DNA from: Silvanigrellaceae bacterium
GTDB lineage: Bacteria > Bdellovibrionota_B > Oligoflexia > Silvanigrellales > Silvanigrellaceae
Assembly: GCA_049423385.1 (NCBI GenBank)
Contig: JBMSQQ010000045.1
Span: 1 to 27,050 of the forward strand
Length of the DNA stretch: 27,050 bases
Reading direction: 5' to 3'
The stretch's first letter is position 1. Every line of letters begins with the position of its first letter. The notes beneath the pieces are model-generated. The model saw only the letters and a list, made by a program, of their open reading frames with translations. It was not told the origin of the DNA and did not search any database. Below, one piece after another: positions 16,344-24,124 of the stretch. The translations under genes and the position numbers were made by a program.

Positions 16344-17168
16344 ATGTCGCGTTGGTCTGGAGCTCATATCCCATTTGTTCTTGGCTGCTGCGCATTGTCG
16401 GCATGCAAATTCATGTCGTCGGTGGAAAGTGAAGTGGAAAATTTGAAGGGCTCGCTGGCAAATGGCAGCGAGCCTTTTGTTCGTCAATTCGTGACCATTG
16501 AAGCGAAGTTGCCGGACAATCCCGGATGGAGTTGCAGTGGTGTGTTGCTTGGACCACGGCATGTTTTGACAGCAGCCCATTGCGTGGACAAGGCGCAGAG
16601 TATTTCCGTCAAGCGATTCGATCAGCAGATGCGGATATCCGAGATTCAGGCTGTTTCCTGGCAATTTCATCCAGAATGGAAAAAATTTAAGAGCAAGTCG
16701 GGACCGGAGGCTTATAAAAACGCTTTGGGCGTTGTTGTGCTCGAGTCGGACCTCGCAGGACCTTTCGCCAAGATCAGCGTGTCGCGTTCATCCAATGTTT
16801 CGGATGCAATGTCTGTTGGCTCGGGAAGGACCGACAGCAACAGAAGCGATGGCAAGGTGCGCTATGCATCCAACATCGATGCTTTCAAATTGACCTTTCG
16901 TCCCGAGGGTGGAACGTGGATTTCTCGGGGGTCCGTGGTCATGTGCAATGGAGATGTGGGCGGCCCGTTGTTTGCAAAGGATGGCACGCTTTTGGGAATT
17001 GCGGCGGCAGAAGGGGCAGAGTCCAATCGCAGTCCGGAGTGCAGCAATGGCAAGCGCGTTTATCATGCCGATGTGCAGGAAAGCATCGTTTGGCTTGTTT
17101 GCGCCTACACAAAAGCAAATCATCCGCTGCCCAACTTTCCCATTCCTTCACAAGAGTTTTGCCGATGA
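16344..17168 (+). CDS. Trypsin-fold (S1) lipoprotein, predicted catalytically inactive
   Basis: Lipobox LSAC; CSGVLLGPRHVLTAAHC intact, but the Asp site reads NALGVV (GCT 16722) and the Ser site reads CNGDVGGPL (GTG 16956). Confidence 0.85.
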   Translation: MSRWSGAHIPFVLGCCALSACKFMSSVESEVENLKGSLANGSEPFVRQFVTIEAKLPDNPGWSCSGVLLGPRHVLTAAHCVDKAQSISVKRFDQQMRISEIQAVSWQFHPEWKKFKSKSGPEAYKNALGVVVLESDLAGPFAKISVSRSSNVSDAMSVGSGRTDSNRSDGKVRYASNIDAFKLTFRPEGGTWISRGSVVMCNGDVGGPLFAKDGTLLGIAAAEGAESNRSPECSNGKRVYHADVQESIVWLVCAYTKANHPLPNFPIPSQEFCR

Positions 17169-18664
17169 CTTTGGGGCGTGAAAACACCTTCCGCTTTTTG
17201 GAATTGGTGTCCATGGCTGCTGTTGCCAATCCGTTTGGCAATGAGCGGGATGATATCGACAAGAAAATCCTTTCCGAATGGATGCCAAAGGCGGTTGCGG
17301 GTGCTTCCGAAGTGGAGCGAATTGCAAATTACACGGCAGCAATACTTGAGGAATTGCTTCTCAGGGAGAACAAAGGCGCGTCGCTCTCTTCCGAGGAGCA
17401 GAGGCTTCTTGAGGATGCTTCGCTGTTTGCGATTTTTCACAAATACACGGAAGATTTTGACCGATATATCCAGAAGCAGAACGACTCTCCCGGGGAAATA
17501 CTCGAACTTCCTTTTGCCGATCGCATTTCGGCAGATCTCTATCGACATGGATTCAAGAGCAAGGCTGCGCACTACATTGCCCTGTTTTTTCAAATGCGGA
17601 GGGCATTCTTTTTTATCACCCATTACGTTGGTGGAACGTCCTCGCCGGTGCAGTCCTTGCGCGAACGATTGTGGCGTACAATTTTCACGGCGGACCTGAG
17701 GCTTTATATCGCGCAGTTCTTCGACCGAATGGAATCTTTTTCCGTTCTCCTGCTGGGTGAGACCGGCGTTGGAAAAGGGCAGGTTGCAGCGGCTTTGGGC
17801 CGCAGTGCGTACATTCCTTATGACGAACGTCGAAAGAATTTCGTTACAAGTTTTCTGGATGTTTTTGTATCCGCGAATATTTCCGAATTTCCCGCAACCC
17901 TGGTTGAAAGCGAACTGTTTGGCCACAAAAAAGGATCATTCACCGGGGCCCTGGAGAATCATCAGGGATTGTTTGCGCAGACACACAAAAACGGCGTTCT
18001 GTTTCTTGATGAAATTGGAGAGCTTGAGACTTCCCTGCAGGTGAAAATCCTGCGCGTCCTCCAGGAACGTGTTTTTTCTCCTGTCGGAGGGCATGAAAAG
18101 AAACGCTTTTCCGGTCGCCTGGTGGCAGCAACGAACGCAAATCTTTTTGAAAAAATTGAAGTTGGATCGTTCCGTTCGGATCTCTTCCATCGTCTTGCGT
18201 CGGATGTGATAGAGATGCCGTCGCTTCGGGACAGGTTTTCTTCAGATGAAAGCGAGCGAAAATTTCTGGTGGCAAAGGTGTTGACGCGAATGCTGGGTCG
18301 TCAGGATGCGCGCCAGGAGCAACGCGTACTGAGATTGCTCAATGGGCTTGTTCCACCTGCCTATTCCTGGCCAGGAAACCTTCGGGAATTCGAGCAGGTG
18401 ATCCGTAGGGTCTTGTTGCATGGCGACCTTGCAGAAATCGTGGAACATATGCCTGGAAGCAAATCGCATCACATCGCGACGCAGCGTGAAGGGCTGGATT
18501 GGCGAACTGTCCAATGGACTGCAGACGAGGCAATGTCCCGGTATGCACAGTCTGCCTATGAAGTGTTGGGGACTTACGAGAAAGTTGCACAGAAGTTGGC
18601 TGTTGATTGGCGGACGGCAAAACGCTGGATTCATGGCTCCGGGGCCGGAAACGTCAAATCTTGA
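17165..18664 (+). CDS. Sigma54-dependent enhancer-binding AAA+ regulator with unrecognised N-terminal domain (about 499 aa)
   Basis: GETGVGKG, ESELFGHKKGSFTGA, LFLDEIGEL, FRSDLFHRL, WPGNLRE and C-terminal HTH GTYEKVAQKLAVDWRT. ATG 17165 overlaps the upstream stop (ATGA). Confidence 0.9.
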   Translation: MTLGRENTFRFLELVSMAAVANPFGNERDDIDKKILSEWMPKAVAGASEVERIANYTAAILEELLLRENKGASLSSEEQRLLEDASLFAIFHKYTEDFDRYIQKQNDSPGEILELPFADRISADLYRHGFKSKAAHYIALFFQMRRAFFFITHYVGGTSSPVQSLRERLWRTIFTADLRLYIAQFFDRMESFSVLLLGETGVGKGQVAAALGRSAYIPYDERRKNFVTSFLDVFVSANISEFPATLVESELFGHKKGSFTGALENHQGLFAQTHKNGVLFLDEIGELETSLQVKILRVLQERVFSPVGGHEKKRFSGRLVAATNANLFEKIEVGSFRSDLFHRLASDVIEMPSLRDRFSSDESERKFLVAKVLTRMLGRQDARQEQRVLRLLNGLVPPAYSWPGNLREFEQVIRRVLLHGDLAEIVEHMPGSKSHHIATQREGLDWRTVQWTADEAMSRYAQSAYEVLGTYEKVAQKLAVDWRTAKRWIHGSGAGNVKS

Positions 18665-18732
18665 TCCGCCTGTCGGATCTTGCCTCCACTTTTTCTGTTT
18701 CAAGTTTTTTTTTCAATTTAATTCGGGTACTT

Positions 18733-18746
18733 TTGAATAGATTCAA
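18733..18746. promoter_or_regulatory. Palindrome TTGAAT-AG-ATTCAA upstream of the TIGR02147 gene, candidate operator
   Basis: 6-bp perfect arms in an AT-rich intergenic region about 80 bp before GTG 18828. Confidence 0.3.
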
Positions 18747-18827
18747 GTTACGCTTTCAAACTCCGAAGAGACTCCTGCTGGGCGAAATCGTCCCGATGAC
18801 GGAGAGAAAAAATGCAAGGAGTCTTCT

Positions 18828-19691
18828 GTGTCGAGGTTCTTGTCCAAAATTGCGCATGAGATAAACGTCTGTGATTTCATGGACTACAAGGTTTATTTTC
18901 GTGCGATTTATGATGTGGCCAAGAAAGAGAAAGCTGGCTACACATACATTTTGTTCACTGAAGAACTTGGCCTGGGCAAGTCGAATCTGATGAATCTGAT
19001 TGTCAATGGGCAACGAAAGATGTCGCGAAAGAACGCGCAGATTGTCGTTGGCGCATTGGGATTGGTCCTGGAGCGGCGACGTTATTTTCTCAAGTTGATT
19101 GAGCTCGACAATCGTCGGAACATGAAAAAGCGCGAAGAGGTTCTCGAAAAGATTATCGAGATTCGTGGAGAATCCATCGAGGATGAACACACTCGTCGTC
19201 AGTTGGATTTTTACAGTCACTGGTTGCACGGCATCGTCTTCGAAATGGTTGCCATCGACAACCTCAAGCACACCCCCGAAGCCATGACTCATCGACTTGT
19301 CCCGCATGCATCTGTTGATGACGTCAAGGCGAGTCTGGAGCTCCTCGTGAAATTGGGACTGGTTTCATTTCATGCGGAGTCCGGGAGCTACTCCAAAAAT
19401 CAGGACCACTTCATCATGGATGACAAGATTCAGCATCTGGGCCCCATTGCTTTTCACAACAAGATGATTGAACTTGCTCGCGATGCCTTGGTTCGGGTTT
19501 CCGAGGAAGATCGTGATGTGAGTTCGATGACGCTTGCGGTGCCGCGTCTGGCGGTGGAGAAATTGAAGGGACTGGTGGAGCGCTTTCAGGAAGAAGTTCT
19601 TGCGATGGCTGGCGAGTTTTCAAACCATGATGAAGTTTATCAGTTGAATATTCAACTTTTTCCATTGACGGCCAAGCAGAAGAGGAAATGA
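18828..19691 (+). CDS. TIGR02147 family protein (N-terminal HTH + DUF4423-like domain)
   Basis: DFMDYKVYF..YTYILFTEELGLGKSNLMNLIVNGQRKMS, FYSHWLH, FHNKMIELA..RDVSSMT, EVYQLNIQLFPLT; AAGGAG RBS before GTG. Confidence 0.9.
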   Translation: MSRFLSKIAHEINVCDFMDYKVYFRAIYDVAKKEKAGYTYILFTEELGLGKSNLMNLIVNGQRKMSRKNAQIVVGALGLVLERRRYFLKLIELDNRRNMKKREEVLEKIIEIRGESIEDEHTRRQLDFYSHWLHGIVFEMVAIDNLKHTPEAMTHRLVPHASVDDVKASLELLVKLGLVSFHAESGSYSKNQDHFIMDDKIQHLGPIAFHNKMIELARDALVRVSEEDRDVSSMTLAVPRLAVEKLKGLVERFQEEVLAMAGEFSNHDEVYQLNIQLFPLTAKQKRK

Positions 19692-19692
19692 A

Positions 19693-20313
19693 ATGAGAAT
19701 TACATTCATCATGTCAGCGATCCCTCTTTTGTTGTCTTGCGGTGTCAACACCGAGTATTCATCAAGCGGCGAAACCGGAGTTGTGATCACCAAGAATCCC
19801 AAAGGCCAGTCGCCGGTGGGCGGAAGCTCGGGTTCGGAGACAAGAAGAGTGCAGTTCGGTGCATCATGGTTGTCTGCCAACAGTGAATTGCTGCTTGAAT
19901 TGCGCTCGGTGAGCCTGACCGACTCCTCTTCTGCACGCGAAATTGTTGGAACGGTTGATGCTGGTCGATTCCTGGTGTTGACTCGGGGCGTGAGTGCGAC
20001 CGTGGAGTTTTCTGCCGATGCCGAATTGCTGAAAAAAGCCAAGTTCATCGATTTTGTGATTGACAAAGCCATGGTGAGAAAGGGTGGAAAGATAATTTCA
20101 AATTTCAGTAATCCTTCCATTCTGACTTTGCCGTTCGATTATGCCACAGCCCCGAATTCGGCCAGTACAGTCCCTGCCTACACCTCTGCCAAGGGCCCTC
20201 AAAGCGGTTCTGAATGCAGTTTCAATCCGGTTTTGTTGTCTGTGCCTGGCAATTCATCTGCGCCCAAAAAGTGCGGTGGCGATGATGACGACGACGGCAG
20301 TGACAGTGATTGA
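19693..20313 (+). CDS. Hypothetical lipoprotein with acidic C-terminal tail (206 aa)
   Basis: Starts 1 nt after the TIGR02147 stop, AGAGG RBS, lipobox LLSC, beta-rich core, ends CGGDDDDDGSDSD. Confidence 0.75.
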   Translation: MRITFIMSAIPLLLSCGVNTEYSSSGETGVVITKNPKGQSPVGGSSGSETRRVQFGASWLSANSELLLELRSVSLTDSSSAREIVGTVDAGRFLVLTRGVSATVEFSADAELLKKAKFIDFVIDKAMVRKGGKIISNFSNPSILTLPFDYATAPNSASTVPAYTSAKGPQSGSECSFNPVLLSVPGNSSAPKKCGGDDDDDGSDSD

Positions 20314-20390
20314 GGATTAAAGTTTCCAGTCTGGAATTCCGATTAGACCTGTGGATGTGTTTTGGGGTGCACTCGAAAAGGATGTGCACC

Positions 20391-21134
20391 ATGAGTTTTC
20401 TGAGAACTGTTGCTTGCTCCGCGATTGTGTTTGTTGTTGGTTGTGGTCGGCCGCAAAAGGGTGATGTTGTCCTGCCGGTCGGGTCCGTTGTTTCCTCAGG
20501 CGGGGGAGCAAACAATAATTCTACCTCCAGTAGCGGTCCTGCGGGTGCCGATTCAAGCGCATCAGGTACTGGCGGAACATCTGGCAATAGTGGTTCGAAT
20601 TCTGGAGCTGGCACGGGTGCCAGCGTGGTTCCCATGACCCTGGATGAAGCCAAGGCCAAGTGTGCTTCTTGTCATCAGCCTGGTGGCAGTGGTGCAGGTG
20701 TTTGGAGCGCGGCCAATGGAACTGAAGCAGACTGGAAGGCTTTTGCTGCTCCTGCAAAAAACTCTGTTTCAGCTGGTCGTATGCCAGTTGGAATTCCATT
20801 GTCAGCGGAAGAAAAAGCCAAGCTCATAGCGTATTTTGACAAGCTCCTGGGAATTGTGCCGCCAGCGGGTGGTGGAACATCGCCAGGTGGTACAAATCCA
20901 CCCCCGGTGGTTACGCAATTTACTTTTGAGTCGGCCCGGGTTTTGTGTGTGGGTTGTCACAGCTCATCCGCTCCCCAGAACGTTCGTGAAACTCCGTATC
21001 TTGAGACTTTGGATCAATGGAAGGTTGAAAAGTCTGAAATTCGCAAGGAAGTTCGCAATGGTTCAATGCCTATGGGTAAGGCAATGACCCAGGAGGAGCG
21101 CGCGGCGCTTATCAAGTTTATCGACTCACTTTGA
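20391..21134 (+). CDS. Diheme c-type cytochrome lipoprotein with Gly/Ser-rich tether (about 247 aa)
   Basis: ATG 20391 after AAGGA; lipobox VVGC; CASCH...GRMP and CVGCH...GSMP (two domains with probable His/Met ligation) joined by a G/P/T linker. Confidence 0.88.
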   Translation: MSFLRTVACSAIVFVVGCGRPQKGDVVLPVGSVVSSGGGANNNSTSSSGPAGADSSASGTGGTSGNSGSNSGAGTGASVVPMTLDEAKAKCASCHQPGGSGAGVWSAANGTEADWKAFAAPAKNSVSAGRMPVGIPLSAEEKAKLIAYFDKLLGIVPPAGGGTSPGGTNPPPVVTQFTFESARVLCVGCHSSSAPQNVRETPYLETLDQWKVEKSEIRKEVRNGSMPMGKAMTQEERAALIKFIDSL

Positions 21135-21171
21135 AGCTCCGGGTTTACTTTTTTGATTTTTCGAGTGTTTG

Positions 21172-21200
21172 AGGGATTGGCTTTTGCCAATCCCTTTTTT
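21172..21200 (+). terminator. Rho-independent terminator after the cytochrome gene
   Basis: AGGGATTGGC-TTTT-GCCAATCCCT followed by a T run. Confidence 0.85.
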
Positions 21201-21582
21201 CATGGTTTTATTTTAAAGTCATTTTTATGTTCGAATATTGCTTTTATGATTTTTATAACTAAAGAATAATATTAGTTTTTATTCTAATTCTAAAGTTACG
21301 TTTTAAATTGACGAAAAGAACTATAGAAGGTTCTGCGCCGGCCAAAAACACCCCAAGACACATCCACCTTGGACTCGGGCCGGTAAAGAACTCAAGAATC
21401 CCTCCCCTGAAATGACATCATGCCATTTTTCAAATGCTTCCCGCACCCAGAAGGGCAAGTTGAATTGTTCGCCCGGACCCGGAGTGTTAACATTCTGGAA
21501 ACTGACTATTCAACCGCTGTTTTGTCTGTGCTCAAGAGTGATGTCGACTCTTTCGTGGAGAAAGTGGAACAGGATGTTTGCC

Positions 21583-23640
21583 ATGATTCTTCGTTATTGT
21601 TTGCGCGCGTTTTTTCTCGCTTCAATTTTGTTGCTCGGCACGTCAAACGCTTTCGCCAATCCGGTTCGAGAGAATCTCGGCGAGCAAATCCAGGTCCTGG
21701 CTCGCGCATATTCTCAAGATGTTGGCCCCACTCTCGAATCACTCAATCCAAGTGGCTGTGAATGGCTTCCCCTGAAAGAATTCAGGAGCAGCTACAAATG
21801 GGAGGGCAAAGCAGAATTTTGGTACAAGTTGCAGCTGTCTCCCCGGCAAGTTGAGTCTTTTCAGGCACCGGTCGTGATTTTGCCGTTTGTGGTTCAGGTT
21901 TTGTCTGTTTTTTCGAGCGGCAAGGAAATATATTCTTGGGGTCGGTTTGCTGCTGATGGACGCACCGTCTTTCGTGGTTATCCCATTCACATGATTCCCC
22001 TGCAGGGCGTCAATCTGATCGAGCCTCTCTATATCCGCGTTGGCTCGGCTGCGGCCAACATTGGCGTGATTGATGGCGTTTATCTGGCTGATCGTGCTGC
22101 AACTGTTGAATCGTATTTTTGGCTTGGACTGCCGAATCTGGCGTTGTTTGTTTTGGCATTGTTGATTGGCTTTTTATCGTTGTTTGCCTTCGCTGCAATA
22201 CGAGGAAACAAAACTCCGTTGGCCTATGGATTGTTTGCCATTGCGATTGGAACCTTTGTCGGAAGCCATTCCTATACGCTGCGGGTTTCCACTGATTGGG
22301 CAAAGGTTCGTCACAGCACTGAGCTGTTTTCGCTCTACTTGAGTGGAATGACATTTTCATTTTATTTGGACACCATATTTGGCGCGATCGATCGCTTCCG
22401 TATTCTCAACAAGTCCTGGAAGTTTTATGCGATCTTTGCCGTTTGCGCGGCAATTGGCGAGGCCACTCAATGGGCGCCACTTTTCAAGTGGCTGCGTCCG
22501 TGGCAGGCAGTCACAGCGCTCATATTTCTTACGGTTCCTTATTTCACGATTCGATCCATGTTGTCGAAAAGTGTTGAATCCTATTTCGTCGGCGGTGGAC
22601 TGATTGCATTTACAATTGCGTCGTTTGCGGGTGTGCTGTTTTCCGTGGGAGGTGGCTCGGTGACCGCACCTATCTTCCACTTTTTTATTATTTCCGGTGT
22701 TTTCCTTTTGCTGATTGGCTTGGGTGGAGTGCTTGTGTATCGGCACTACGATACAAATCGACGCGTCATTCAATATCAACAGGAGACGGCCGTGATCCGC
22801 GAAGCGCAGGCGCGGCAGGAAAAAGACATGGAAGCTGCCCGAGCTGTCCAGCAAACACTGTTGCCATTGTCTTTACGCTTTCCGGGCTTCGAAACGATGG
22901 TGCATTGGACAACTGCCGATCAGACGGGTGGTGATTGGTATGCCGGACATTTTGATGAGAAGGAAGGCATCGCATATTTGTTCCTGGGTGATGTGACAGG
23001 CCACGGCTTTGCCTCCGCGCTTGTGACTGGTCTTGCTCATGGAGCAGTCGCGTCTGTCATCAAGCTTCATCAAAGTGATGCCAGAATGTCGCCCTCGGAA
23101 TTGTTGGTCCGCATTGCGCGCGCCGTCAATCATGTTGTCCATGAGAGTGCTTCCCGCTCGGTGCGCGCCATGTCTATGGTTTGCCTGGCGCTGAACGGCA
23201 AAACGGGCGAAGTTGATTTGATCAACTGTGGCCATCCGCAAGTTTTTAGAATTTCGGCCGGCAAGGTCGAGGCTCTGCTGGGTGCGGGTTCGTTGCTTGG
23301 ATTTCATGCCGACCCGGATTTTGAAGTTAAAAAATACAATCTCGAGCCTGGCGATCGTCTGTTTGTTTATACGGATGGCGTGCTTGAAAATGGAAGAAGT
23401 GCAGGCAAGGGGATTTCGTTTGCAAAACTGAGAAGAGCCCTGAATCAACCTGAAAAGAAGGTGTCGCAAACACACGATGATTTGCTCGGATTGCTCAAAT
23501 CAACCTGGCAAGATGCACCCATCGAGGATGATTACACCCTCATACTGATGCAATGGGGCGAAGAGGATATGCGAGACTCCGCGAATCGTGCACGTGGTGC
23601 AAATCAGGCATTTGGCGTGACGCAATCCGTTTCAACCTGA
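21583..23640 (+). CDS. Membrane sensor phosphatase: 7TM-DISM-like extracellular and 7TM region + SpoIIE/PP2C domain (about 685 aa)
   Basis: Signal peptide ending SNAFA, about 7 hydrophobic helices, coiled linker EKDMEAARAVQQTLLP, and PP2C motifs GGDWY, GDVTGHG, NCGHP, YTDGV, EDDYT. Start is 21574 or 21583. Confidence 0.9.
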   Translation: MILRYCLRAFFLASILLLGTSNAFANPVRENLGEQIQVLARAYSQDVGPTLESLNPSGCEWLPLKEFRSSYKWEGKAEFWYKLQLSPRQVESFQAPVVILPFVVQVLSVFSSGKEIYSWGRFAADGRTVFRGYPIHMIPLQGVNLIEPLYIRVGSAAANIGVIDGVYLADRAATVESYFWLGLPNLALFVLALLIGFLSLFAFAAIRGNKTPLAYGLFAIAIGTFVGSHSYTLRVSTDWAKVRHSTELFSLYLSGMTFSFYLDTIFGAIDRFRILNKSWKFYAIFAVCAAIGEATQWAPLFKWLRPWQAVTALIFLTVPYFTIRSMLSKSVESYFVGGGLIAFTIASFAGVLFSVGGGSVTAPIFHFFIISGVFLLLIGLGGVLVYRHYDTNRRVIQYQQETAVIREAQARQEKDMEAARAVQQTLLPLSLRFPGFETMVHWTTADQTGGDWYAGHFDEKEGIAYLFLGDVTGHGFASALVTGLAHGAVASVIKLHQSDARMSPSELLVRIARAVNHVVHESASRSVRAMSMVCLALNGKTGEVDLINCGHPQVFRISAGKVEALLGAGSLLGFHADPDFEVKKYNLEPGDRLFVYTDGVLENGRSAGKGISFAKLRRALNQPEKKVSQTHDDLLGLLKSTWQDAPIEDDYTLILMQWGEEDMRDSANRARGANQAFGVTQSVST

Positions 23641-24029
23641 AACTCACGCAGCAGATCGATGCCTGCAGAATCATATTGTTCGCGAAAAACGACTTTTGTG
23701 ATTCCTGCGCCGGCAATCAGCTTGGCGCAATTGACGCAAGGACTGTAAGAACAATACAGGGTTCCTCCGCGCAATCGTGGACCGTCTGCATAAATCAGGG
23801 CGTTGGCTTCTGCGTGGATGATGATCCGCTCTTTGTTCGTTCTGTCCCACCAATCAACACGGGTGTCGTCGTAAGATGCCGGGGTTCCATTGTAGCCGGT
23901 TGCAACCACCCGTCGGTGTTCGTCGATAATGACACACCCAACCTGCCGTTTCTTGTCGGGACTGCGCTTGGCAATCACCTCGGCCATTTCGAGAAAATAG
24001 TGGTCCCAGCTGGGTTTTGTATGGGTCAT
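23604..24029 (-). CDS. dCMP deaminase family (ComEB-like) zinc deaminase
   Basis: PSWDHYFL, RSPD..QVGCVI, ATGYNG, HAEANA, SPCVNCAKLI; AAGGG RBS. Confidence 0.92.
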   Translation of the reverse strand: MTHTKPSWDHYFLEMAEVIAKRSPDKKRQVGCVIIDEHRRVVATGYNGTPASYDDTRVDWWDRTNKERIIIHAEANALIYADGPRLRGGTLYCSYSPCVNCAKLIAGAGITKVVFREQYDSAGIDLLREFQVETDCVTPNA

Positions 24030-24124
24030 TGAAATGTCACCCCTTGAATCGTGATTACCCGCATGTCGAGCGTATATTACTCTTGATTGCTCATATCAAT
24101 GGCAAGCCTTTCCTGAGGTGGTTT

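Noticed and set aside
16916..17164. N-terminal extension of the sigma54 activator in the ORF track (also the extensions at 21412, 24017, 20310, 13528 and 10455)
   Set aside because: These extensions overlap neighbouring genes or precede clear signal peptides; downstream ATGs with an RBS or stop-start coupling are better starts.
18663..18679. GATCCG-CCTGT-CGGATC hairpin as operon terminator
   Set aside because: The stem is only 6 bp and the U-tract is not adjacent; too weak to call.
23604..24029. Deaminase as an anti-phage nucleotide-depletion system
   Set aside because: It is a short stand-alone ComEB/dCMP deaminase with no kinase-like fusion and no defence or mobile neighbours.
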